A stretch of 63,663 nucleotides of DNA, filler included, from Pseudovirgaria hyperparasitica (lineage: Eukaryota), in NCBI GenBank assembly GCA_010093815.1. It is 12 parts of 11 records of this genome, joined end to end, with 100 filler letters (N's around TTAATTAATTAA, not from the genome) between each part and the next. Parts side by side here need not be neighbours in the genome. Positions count along the whole stretch, not along the records: positions 1 to 9,665 come from ML996628.1; positions 9,766 to 13,915 come from ML996629.1; 10 more parts are not named here. The stretch is one strand, 5' to 3'. Each line of letters begins with the position of its first letter. The first letter of the stretch is position 1. The position numbers and the translations under genes are program-made. Positions 1 to 10,684 of the stretch are shown in pieces. Below the pieces are notes generated by a model. It made no database searches, was not told where the DNA came from, and worked only from the letters and a program-made list of their open reading frames with translations.

Positions 1-121
1 TTTATATATATAAGTAGATAATATTAGTAATATCGATTACTAATATTAAGCTATTCCTAATAAGGAAATACCTTATATAAACTTATTAGATATAGTAGAG
101 GTTAAGTTTATAAAATATACT

Positions 122-1369
122 ATAATAATAATAATAATAATATTGTATAACTAGGTAGAGTAGTACTCTATAGGCCTATGCCTCCTCTAGTCTAAGCCAC
201 TATATAAGAAGAAACCCCATAGGGAAAAACTTCCTTATATCTATAACTACATCTCGTTAAGCCTCTATTTCGTCTTAAATATATAGCTATAGGGTACACC
301 TATTAGCCTATAGCCTATATTACCGTTATTTTACCCTTAGGTAGCACGTATAGATGCGGAGGTTATTAGTTAAGGGCTGCCCTTAACTAATAATCGGAGT
401 TCTCCCGGGGTTCTTCCGGTATATATCGGGTTACTACCGGCGTATACCGGGTCTCTTCCGGTATATATTTCCGGGTCCACTAGAATTAGAGGAGTAGTAG
501 ATATATAATTATCCACCGGGCGACGTCCTTAGGGTACTTATTAAGCTATCGTATAATATTAGAGGTTCTTATTATATAGATAAGCTTCTACCTTTACGTG
601 TGAAGATCGGGGCATATTACGAGATAGTAGCGTATTATATCTCTCCGGCCGCACGCCTTATACCATAGAGACACGTCGGGGACGCCTCTCTTATAGAGGT
701 AGTATAGGAGTTCTATAGCGCCCGTTCGGGCTTAGAGGAGTATAGATGCCTAGGCCTTTATAAGCCCTTTATATATCTATTTACTCGGCTCCTTCCATGG
801 TCCTCGGATCTACTCTAGATATCTATTCTACTAGGAGGCCTACTAGGCCCGGAGTATCTCTTTCTACTTATCTTAGATCCACGACTATATACTTCGTCCG
901 AGCTCTTAAAGGCTCTATTAGTCTAGAAGGGTATCTAGATTATTCTTAATCTCTTATACTACTCGGTTCGAGTCTATTTCTATCGGGCACTTATACTATA
1001 GTCGAGTCCGGCCTATATATAAGAGTACTTAGTAGTATACGCTAACTCGCGCGCGTAGCGCGGCGAAGGTATATTCTACTTTTCCTACACGTTCCTATGC
1101 TTATTATTTAGTAAAGTATACCACCCTCTATATCTAGTAGAAGTTATATATACTTATAACGTCTGTCTCGCGTCGTAGTAGTACTATATTAGTAGCTTTA
1201 TATACGCCTAATATAAGACGGAGTATACGGTTCTATATGGATTCGAGCTTTATTCGCCTAGTCTATATAAGGGCCGTGTACTAGCACTTATGTCCGTACG
1301 TGAAGGCGGGTCGTGCTATAGATATATATAGTTAGCGTGCCTTATCCTAGGCGGTTCCCTACGTAGAGG
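122..1369 (-). mobile_element. RIP-degraded Tad1-like LINE, 3' part of ORF2 (post-RT region, C-terminal CCHC finger), 3' UTR and (TAT)n tail
   Basis: Minus strand reads ...STxGTAxDKARxLYISIARPAFTY...LILGVYKA...ARTGAIELL...ACGRRDIIRYYL; closely matches 37392-39294 and 54715-56526; ends in a short (TAT)n tail; TpA-rich. Confidence 0.8.
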
Positions 1370-1607
1370 TATAATGAGTAAAGACGTAGGATAGTAGTCT
1401 AACAGTTCATAGAGAGACATAGGAATGTATTTATAGAGTAGTCTCACTCTTATACGAGGTCGATTCCTAACGAGCAGGAATCGGTTTGTACGGTCCACTT
1501 ATATAGTGACCTCGCTTAACCTAGCTAACTCATCCTAGCTCTGGCCGCTACGTGGCTGCATGGATTAGAATAGTCTATATAGGTCCGTTAGGGTTCCCGT
1601 CCTAATA
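1370..1607 (-). repeat. 3' LTR of Gypsy A copy 1 (238 bp)
   Basis: Matches 9178-9415; adjacent PPT (AAAAAAGAAGAAGGATAT on the minus strand); TG..CA termini RIP-altered. Confidence 0.93.
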
Positions 1608-2086
1608 ATATCCTTCTTCTTTTTATGCTTCGCCCCGAAGTACTCAAGTATATATAATCCTAAGTCTCTATGATCTACCGTATATCTATATATCCGTGAC
1701 TAAGTTCCTATAACGTTATAACCATCCTTAATATAGGTGAACTCGAGATTCTAGTTTACTTTTACTAGTTTATACACGCGCTCATCCCTTGCTTCGTGGC
1801 TACTACCTAGGACATATAATCGCTACTTTGGTCGAGCATATATTTAGCTTCGCTCGCCTTTGATTTTATTCTCTAGTATATCTACCTCGCTCTTAAGGTA
1901 AGTCGTTAATTTATATACTATCTTCCCTAGTTTAGGTTTAGAAGGGTCTGTTATGGTCTATTCTTGTTAGAACCGGTCCTATGTAACCTATTCGCGTTAT
2001 TACGGTCACTGATTTAGCTTCGTTAACTACCGTTAAGGGTGGACGAATATTCCTTCCTTAGATCTCTAGCTAACGTATGTATATAG

Positions 2087-3402
2087 ATGTCTAATACTAG
2101 TCCTATCTCTAAGCCTGCCTCCTCCTCTTGCAAGACTCGCTCTAAAGGTATTGCCTCCTCCCCGGCCACGCCGGCCAAGAAGCCCACCCATCGCGGTGGT
2201 ATGAAGGCGCGCTCCAAGTCGGAGAAGAGAGTAGCTAGGGCTGCTACTGCTGCTTCTGCCTCTGCCACTGATGTGGCCACTGGTCGCTCTAATCCAGGTG
2301 ATCCTAGTACTGAATTTGTGGATGAAGCGGTCGTAAGTTCTCCCCTCGCTCTAACGCGCACGCCGCCTACTCTACCTCCTCTAGAGAATGAAGAAGATCT
2401 CGTTATAGATAATGATCGCGAGCCCTCGCGCTCACCCACGCCGCCGCCTCGCCGCTCTTCCTTCCGGTCTAATATAGACCGATTTAGTCGCTCTAGGTCC
2501 TTTTAGGACCTTAATATCCGCTCTAAACCCTAGCCTACTAATAATAAGGCCTAGGTCGCCGAGGATACTAAACGTGGTCGCGGTTTACGCCATAGGAAAA
2601 CGGCGAACTACGGTTTGATATACTATAAGTGTATTAAGGGCCATACGGCCGGCTCTAAATATCTCTTTCGCTCTAACTCTGGCATCAGCTACTACTCTAC
2701 TAACCGCGACGGGCCTATGCGCCCTATCTTTACTCTGCCTGCCCGCTGCCGCCGCTATGCCGTGACTGGTAAGACTTATCTATAGGTAAGTATAATGGGC
2801 TATCTTGGTCTAGTATAATCTAAAGTTATCCGCGCTGATACATTCTTAGGTTCCTATGTATATGTAAGATATATATAACGACCTTCGCGTCCGCGAGACC
2901 CTCGGGGGTTCTCGTAGCTACCTACCTACTATGTAGAGGGAGTTTAGGGAGCGCTATAAGCTCTTCCTAGAGGTTATTAAAGTATAAGTTGCGAACACGT
3001 TAATTGTTTTTAACACCTATTGATATTTCTAGCCGCCGCGAGATCCCTAGCGCCTAGGCTACCTATTCTAGGGAGTCTATCCTAGCCATAGAGGCCGTAG
3101 AGAGGATTCGCTCTATCCCCCCCTATCCGTCTCGCGCTACTAACGGATCTCGCAAGAGGTCTACTATTTCTCCCTCTAAGTCGCCTCGTAAGAGGGTATA
3201 TGTTCCCTTCTAGATTATTCTAGATCGTGTTAGCTAACTTTGGACCTAGTCGCTGCGCTCCGGCGCTTAAGGCTCTTCCCTCTAGGCTCTAACGGATCGA
3301 GTTATTACTCTAGAGGCTAAGGTCGTCGTCCTCCGCCGCTATATCGTACGGTTAGAGAGGACTATACTAGAGGTTAGGACGGATGATAAGATGGAGGAGT
3401 AG
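2087..3402 (+). pseudogene. Antisense spliced accessory gene inside Gypsy A: S/P/T/K-rich N-terminus, Zn2Cys6-like cluster, basic patch, C-terminal coiled coil (about 382 aa after de-RIP)
   Basis: Exons 2087-2785, 2850-2983, 3033-3195, 3250-3402 (1149 nt, in frame) plus a 5' UTR intron 1898-2086; GT..AG introns with CTAAC/CTGAY-like branch points (the 2984 donor is intact only in copy 2); internal stops are only TAG/TAA (RIP type). Confidence 0.75.
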
Positions 3403-3690
3403 CTCTATGGTTCTAGCTCTATGGGTTTAGCTCTATGTATTAGCTCTATGTGTTCTGGATCTGCTATAGGTGGTGCGCGCCGACTCTGTTTGCCTGGCTT
3501 TTATCCGTTTTAGTCCTTTTTAGACCGTTTAGATACCCGTCGGCTAGTTCCTAGTAATTTAATTCTTGACTTAACGATATTGTATGTGCGCTCGCTTAGC
3601 TTGTGACTATCGGTTTCTATATTCTAATTTTCCTTAAGTCACCTAAGTGTAGGCACCGTATATCAATTAGTTTGTCTCTATGAATTCCAT

Positions 3691-3789
3691 TAGAGTACCC
3701 GAACCAGTGGCCTAGTGGTTATTAGTTCGGGTACTCTAACCTTTTGTATTTCGTGTTAAGAGTTCAATTCTATGGTGGGGTACCTTTTT
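3691..3789 (+). other. tRNA/Pol III-like hairpin element within Gypsy A
   Basis: Inverted repeat TAGAGTACCCGAAC..GTTCGGGTACTCTA enclosing A-box-like GTGGCCTAGTGGTTA; B-box-like GAGTTCAATTC at about 3760; T5 run at 3785; also present in copy 2 (about 19740-19840). Confidence 0.4.
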
Positions 3790-3959
3790 GGGTTCTTGGT
3801 CCCATATTTTTCTCGTATGCAATGGTCCATGTTAGTCCATTCTAGACTCTTCTATGTTATTCTATTGTGGTATGTCGCGTCGCGTTCCTAAAATGGTTGT
3901 TTACGCTTTCTTCGCGTCTGGTAACCGTGCGACGCTTGAATTGTGGGGCTGCCATATAG

Positions 3960-6900
3960 AGTTTTCCTAGTGCGCGTCTGGATTTCCTGGTTTAGCACTT
4001 CGTTCTCTGCGGTATCCTTCTTCTTTTTACGACGACCGCGACGTCGCTATGCTTACATTAATAATGCGCTATTCTATACCTTTTACTTATACGCAGCCAT
4101 TGCCGAACTTAAGATGTATACCGCTAGTTCCTAGGTGTCCTCGTCCTCGGTACAGTCCTTCTAACAGATTCTATATTTCTAAATACCGTCTTCATCGATC
4201 CTATGTTCAATAATATAGTCCACTTCGAACACGTCTAGTCCATCTTAGGGTATAATAGAGTGTAACTATACGTTCGTGCGGCCATATACGTTAGGTCGAA
4301 ATCTTTCGAGTAGTGAGACGTGGAACACGTTATGGATTCTTATATTACTTCCTAAGTCGAGCTCGTAGACTCTTATACCGATACAACGTTTGATTCGGAA
4401 GGGACTAGCCATTTTATAATCGAGCTTCTTGTTTACTCGCGACGTTTATATGTTACGGACGTTAAGAAGGACCTCGTCGCCCTCCTCGTACGTCTAATCC
4501 TTGGCTAACCTATTATAGTACTTCGTATACGAGTCGTTTACTTGTTAGATTATAGCGCGATAGTTGCGTGCGGTTTCGAAGATTTTAATCGCCAATTCCT
4601 AAGCGTGGACGTTCACGTCTGTTATTCGATTAAATTAGACCGTCTAAGACTTAAAACCTATCCTTAGACTGCGTCCGAGGTTCGCCTAGAAAGGTATAAT
4701 ACCTATCGTGCTATAACGACTATTATTATATACGAACTCTACTATACTTAGTAGGGAGGCCTAGTCGTCCTACTCGAAATTATAGAATGCGCGTAGGTAG
4801 GCCTCGAGCATCTGGTTCTATCGCTCTGTCTAGCTATCCGTCTAAGGATGAAATACTATAGACATGTTTCTATTCATACTTACCATTTCGCAGAATGACG
4901 TCTAGAATTTAGACGTGAAGGTACTTCCTCGGTCCGTAACGATCCTTTTTAGTATACTATAGACCTTAATAATCTCGTTCTAGAACACCTGCGCTAGTTC
5001 TTTGGATATAATCGTCTTCTATACCGGGATGTACCTAGACATCTTTATAAGTCTGTCCACGATAATAAGAATAGAATTATAACTTATCCTAAGCATCTCG
5101 CTTAGAGGCAAGTTAACTATAAAGTCCATAGTAACGTCTTCCTATATAAAGAGGGGGACTAAAAGAGGCTGTAAATTCCTATATGGCTTGTGTCTAGGGG
5201 CCTTCGTTCTTTAACAAATTGGATAAGTAGCTATCCATTCTTCGACGTACTTAGGCATATCTTCCTAAAAATAGTACTAACGAATTGAGCTTAGGGTACG
5301 TACATACCTAAAGTATCCTACTAGGTTAGCGTTATAGTATCGGCTAACTACGTTAAATCGCGCGTTACCTATCGGCATATAGTACTTTCTATTATAGTGA
5401 AGTAAGCCGTCTACGAAGGTCTACTTATAGTCTACTTTAGTCCGTAATAACCTATCTTACTATATTTTACGTAACTTTAAAACTGTCGGGTCTATCTTCT
5501 ATAGATCCACGATTAACTAGGCGAGGTTAAGTAGATATTCACGCCGGGCATTGTCGTCCTTCCCGATAGCGCTAATAAACGGCCTACTAGGGACTTTGGT
5601 ACCGCGTCTTTGGTTACCGGCTTCGGTCTTAGAGATTCGATTACCGGCATTAACGTTAGCATCTCGCTAATCGCCTAATAACTTAAAATCCAACCTCGTC
5701 CTTAAGAGTTGGGCCTATAGCTACTCTAGGACCCTATGACCACTATAATCCTAGGCGCCTTCTTTATAGTTAGGTCTTCTTAATATCCCATTAGCTAGGT
5801 TTATACTTCTAGGTCGATGGTAGATCATAAAGTGAAAGTTCGTAAGCTACTTAGCCTATTGAACCTGTCGATAGTTTAAAACCGTCGTGCTCATAAACCC
5901 CTTTAAGTTATAGTAATTAGTTAGTAACTCGACGTTATGTATGGCACCTTTAAGATAATGTCGCCACTGTTTAAACGACTCTACTATTACTAGTAGCTCT
6001 TGGTCATGGATAGTGTATCTAGTCTTAATATCGACCATTTTGCGCGAGAAGAACGTAACTAGATGCCATTAGACCTTTTTAGACTTAGTTGGTCTAGGCT
6101 AGGAGAGAATGCCTAAGATTATAAATCCTAACGCGTCGGTTTCGACGCGGATAGGTTTAGTTAGGTCGAAGTACACCAGTAATAGGGTAGTTATAAATGC
6201 CTCTTTGATTTTCTCGAAGGAGGCCCTTTCGCCTTCCGATAATTCTATAGGCTGCGATTCGATATTACGCTGTTTCTATCTACCGCGGACCGTAATAGAC
6301 GAATCTATGGTAGTAGTACGCGCGTTAAGCGGTACTACTAGCCGGGAGAAGTACTTGACGAATTTTCGGTAGTAATTGGCGAATCCGATAAAGACACGTA
6401 TATCTTAAACCGATTTTGGTTTAGGCTAGTCCACGATAGCAGCGACCCTGTCCCTTTCTATGGTTATACCTTGATTAGTGATGACGAAGCCAAGGAAGTT
6501 AACGTGGTCCTAGTGGAACTCGCATTTAGATAGCTTAATATATAGCTTATGTTTTTCTAGCCTATCTAGGACTGCGCGTACGTGCTAGATATGTTCTTCT
6601 TCGTTATCCGAGAAGATAAGGATGTCGTTAAGGTATACGATGCACGTCGTGTTAAGTAGGCCTACTAGCGCGTTGTTAATGTACGCTTAGAAGGTCCCTA
6701 GCGCGTTGGTTAGTCTAAAAGGGACCACTATATACTCAAAGTGTCTATAACGGGTCCTGAACGCCGTTTTCTACTCATCGCCCTTCTTAATACGTAGGCG
6801 GTAGTAGGCGTCACGTAGATCGAGCTTAGTAAAGATCTTCGCGCGCCCTAGTCTATTAATAGACTCGGAGATAAGAGGTAGTAGGTAACGATTCTTTCGC

Positions 6901-8830
6901 GTAATGTTATTCAGGCTATGGTAGTCAACACATAGACGGAGACTTCTATCCTTCTTCTTTATAAAGAGGATTAGGGCTCCGGCTAGGGATATACTAGGCC
7001 TAATCTATCCTCGCGTAAGGTTCTTTTTGATATATTCTCGGAGGACCTATAGCTTAGGTTCTAATAGAGGGTAGATAGGTCCGTGTAGGGGTTATTAACC
7101 GTTCTCGAGGTTAATAGTAAGATCGGTAGGTTGGTATTAAGGTAATTCGGACGAGTCGATCGCTAACGCGACATGTTAGTACATTTTATACTAATATAGT
7201 AGGTTTTCGTCCACTCTAATGCTAAGCTCTCTATTTTAAGTGAGTAAGAGGACGTAGATAGTAGAGATTGCCTTTTCGTAGTCCTTCTGGAATTATTCGT
7301 CGTCGACTAGCTATACTAGGTTCTATTATGGTGGGTGCATGCGCCAGCCAGCTGTTTTCTAGATGAAGTCCAGTTTCGGGTTATATTTTTCGAGCTACGG
7401 TATACCGAGAATTATATTAAAGGGGCTATCTACCACGATAAAGGTTGAGTAGTAGGGTTTCCACTTCCCCCCGCTGTCCTAGATACTGTATTTAATGGTA
7501 TAGGTACCCTACGATTTAATAGGACTATCGATACTATGGAAGATAGCATCTATTAGTGCTTGAATGTCGACGTTAAGTTCTCGTGCTCGTTAAGTCGATA
7601 TAACGTTGGTGGCTAAACCGCTATCGAGTATTACGGTCCAATGTTATCCACGGGGGACCTCGATGGGCCTAGCCTATAGTTCGATATACTAGTTGACTAG
7701 TTATCCCTCTGTTTTGGTTGCGCCTACGAGTCGCGAGGGTTTCTCGTAGGTAGTTAGTTTTTTATGTTATATACCGGGTAGTTAGGCGCGATGTGTCCTA
7801 GCTACTAGCACTTATAGTATATGACTGACTTAGTATCTATATTAGTATTCGGTGGTTTCCTAGAGCGGCACTCGGGTACTATATGGCCTATCCTACTATA
7901 AGTGTAGTAGGTGACTTTGGGTCGTTTATACGAGTCGTTTCTCGCGTCTTAATATATTAACTAGTAGAAAGATCCGCGGTACGGGTCTCGTCTTCTCGAG
8001 TTCGTAGAGTAGTAGCGCCCACGAGGTGTTCCGCGCGATCTATTACTAAACCGGTCCTCTTTGGACGATTTCGTATCGGGTTAGATTAATAGGGATAGTC
8101 GTGCGCCTGTACGACGTTGGTTATTCATTATACGCCAATGTTATTCTACGAGATTCACGAGTGCCTAAAGGTTGGTAGAGATAGACGTTGTAAGGTCGAT
8201 GCGTTCCTTTACGCTTAGATTAAGGGACCTTTTAAAGTCGTCGCATTATTAAACCATGCGATCTTCCTTAGCTTCTCTCTAGAGAGGTCGGAGGTATTTA
8301 AGGAGTTATAACGGGGATTGTCTTTCTCGCTATTAAGTCTTAAAGATATGGCTCTAAGCCTATTCGCGTCGCTCGGCTCTATCGCCAAAGTATTAAAGGA
8401 GGAATTTAGTAAACGTGTCCTAGTTATGCGCATTCTTAGGGTGTTCGATTCGATGTGCTATCTAACGTTTAGATGGCGTTAGGTCTAGGTAGTTCTATGC
8501 GAACCTAATCTTATTACTATCGTTCGTGAATAGGTGGAAGAATCGGCTGTACTAGTGAGCCCATTTATAAAAGCTCCTCCTGGTTTTACCGTCGAAGTAA
8601 GGTGGTTTCTTAGGCTAAGGTAACTGGGATAGTAATGGACTTGGTTGGACTGTTTCGGCTTGAGTTGGTCCATATTAGTGTAGGTTAGTTGCTACTAGCA
8701 CTAAAGCGCGTAGTGCGGCTTCGAGTCTAGCGGTTCGTCCTTACGCTTCGTCGAGTTCGCGAAGTTACTATTTAAGCTACGCCTAACGCTACCTTTCCGT
8801 GTATAGTCTAGTATACACGTTATCGTAAGG
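3960..8830 (-). pseudogene. gag-pol of Gypsy A copy 1 (CA-NC / PR-RT-RNaseH-IN-chromodomain), many RIP stops; ends approximate
   Basis: Domain motifs readable on the minus strand; AAAAAAC slippery site at about 7756-7763 between gag and pol frames; chromodomain DVFEVDYIIEHR...KYRICxKDCTEDEDTxE at about 4130-4240. Confidence 0.9.
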
Positions 8831-9177
8831 CGTGGTTAACGTTAGTCGGTTCTAACGAATTAGTTCGTTAACGTTAACAGGGTCTAGTCTTATAGTAAGG
8901 ATGGGTCTAGTATAGTATGAACTAGACCGCGATGGAGTATAATAGACTTCTTCCTTATTATCTAGGTAGTCTTCCATAGTTACACGGAATGCCGTACTAG
9001 TTATTAGTGCGATAGCTTATAGGGTATACTTATTAGTGGAGGTGGTCGTAGGGAGACTATTCTCTTCGTTTAGATTTAGAGAGAGTCTCTCGTGTAAGGT
9101 AGTGCCACGGGTATTATAGCGCGTAGTAGGAGCTATCTCTATAAGCTACCGTCGTACTATATAGAGAGGAATCAAAA

Positions 9178-9415
9178 TGTAAAGAGTAAAGACGTAGGAT
9201 AGTAGTCTAATAGTTTATAGAGAGACATAGGAATGTATTTATAGAGTAATCTTACTCTTATACGAGGTTAATTCCTAACGAGTAGGAATTGGTTTATACG
9301 GTCTACTTATATAGTAACCTCGCTTAACTTAGCTAACTTAACCTAGCTCTAGCCACTACGTGGCTACATGGATTAGAATAGTCCATATAGGTCCGTTATG
9401 GTTCCCGTTCTAATA
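9178..9415 (-). repeat. 5' LTR of Gypsy A copy 1
   Basis: 238-bp direct repeat of 1370-1607; PBS region TTTTGATTCCT immediately internal. Confidence 0.93.
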
Positions 9416-9665
9416 CTTCTATACTATATCTATAAGAGAGGCGTTCCCGATACCTCCCTATAGTATAAGGCGTATAGCCGAAGAGGTATAATACGCTACT
9501 ATCTAGCTATATACCCTAACCTCTATATATAATAGTAATAGCTTATCTACGTTATAAAGACTTTAGATATTATATAATAGCTTAATAAGTACCCTAAGGA
9601 CGTCTCCCGATAGATACTTATATATCTACTACTCCTCTAGTACTAGTAGACCCGGAAATATATAC
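9416..9665 (+). mobile_element. Tad1-like LINE fragment (ORF2 C-terminus), inverted relative to 122-1369
   Basis: Matches 38706-38955 on the same strand and is the reverse complement of about 462-711. Confidence 0.85.
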
Positions 9666-9765
9666 NNNNNNNNNNNNNNNNNNNNNNNNNNNNNNNNNNN
9701 NNNNNNNNNTTAATTAATTAANNNNNNNNNNNNNNNNNNNNNNNNNNNNNNNNNNNNNNNNNNNN
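9666..9765. other. Artificial contig linker N44-TTAATTAATTAA-N44; also at 13916, 22457, 30647, 37292, 39516, 42619, 48813, 54615, 56527, 58781
   Basis: Identical 100-bp unit carrying stop codons in all six frames. Confidence 0.97.
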
Positions 9766-9949
9766 GTACCGCTACTAAAACCATCCACATTAGCAGATCA
9801 ATGCGTGCTGTGTCACTGAAGCGCATCGTGCCGAGATCCTATATTTCTAGTCATCGCGAACCATGGAAGGTATCGTCATGGACGATACCAAAGTCGCGCT
9901 GGGAAGGCTTCAAAGGCTATCTGGGCAGCCCCACGTATGGCCAATCTTT

Positions 9950-10240
9950 ATTGGCCATGTACTCGCCTGATCCTTAGGCACGTCAAGCCATTGAAAGATC
10001 ATGATGATACCCAGCTAGTTGGCTGATTCGTTGTGCAGGGATGTGATTTCGAAGCAATCCAACGAGTCCAGCATGGATATTAGGTTGGGAGGCAGGTCTC
10101 GAGCGGGAGGACTTACTTTTGATCCCGTAATTATACGACGATCAGAGTAGCCCGCTCGAGCAATGCATGAATGAAGCTACCAGTGCCGCTTTCTCGCACA
10201 CCAGCCGCCAGTCTGCGAGTCTATCAAGGGTCAAGACTAA
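9950..10240. repeat. Dispersed non-RIP mosaic repeat family R1 (other copies 13495-13915, 28025-28715, 63200-63663)
   Basis: Shared blocks GGCACGTCAAGCC, GATCATGATGATACCCAGC, CGAAGCAATCCAACGAGTCCAGCATGGAT, CGCACACCAGCCGCCAGTCTGCGAGTCTATCAAGGGTCAAGAC. Confidence 0.8.
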
Positions 10241-10684
10241 TGGATGTACCGGCGAGATACTTGGGGAAAGAAACAGTTAGATGCACTAGTGCAGGATCAT
10301 ATCGCACTACAGCGACCCTCATGTTGTTGCTCGTCGAGCAAAGCTTCCTCCTACGATAGATAGTACGACCAGCACTCTGCTTGAAGTCGTGGGTAGGTAA
10401 AGGACTCATTGATTTGTAGTCTGCCTGAGTCGTGAGGCCAATAATGTACTTTTCCGTTCTATGCGGCGATCGACTCAACTCGACAGAGGGCAGGTTCATC
10501 ATCCGTCCACAGTGGATCGAGTGTTTCGTTGTTAAGGTGGTGGCTTAGCATGAACGACAATATAACATGCGTGATTCCTTTGGAACATATCAAGTCCATC
10601 GAGGCATCTGGATGCCATCTGATGCCCGTTTAGTATGGTGCGCCGCCTGAAGTTGCTTGAGGATATGCTTACTGATCATAGTAC

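Larger units (their letters stand above)
1370..9415 (-). mobile_element. Full-length Ty3/Gypsy chromovirus, family A copy 1 (RIP-inactivated)
   Basis: 238-bp direct LTRs at 1370-1607 and 9178-9415; gag with two CCHC knuckles, protease LDSG, RT VYLNDI (YLDD), RNase H RVETDA, integrase with GPF-like motif and FHVSLLE, chromodomain; polypurine tract at 1608-1625. Confidence 0.95.

Noticed and set aside
2023..2439. 138-aa ORF (and 21076-21489) in the retroelement sense as an env-like third ORF
   Set aside because: Shadow of the antisense gene's low-complexity exon; no TM or env features, and splice signals support the other strand
8215..8673. ORFs MRITRTR... and MDQLKPK... (also 15097) as gag
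   Set aside because: Off-frame; the capsid-like reading (YDGKTR..FTEFLL..) lies in another, RIP-interrupted frame
9666..9765. Recurrent TTAATTAATTAA inside N runs as a biological repeat or CRISPR-like array
   Set aside because: Fixed 100-bp assembly spacer with six-frame stops; it also means adjacency between contigs is unproven
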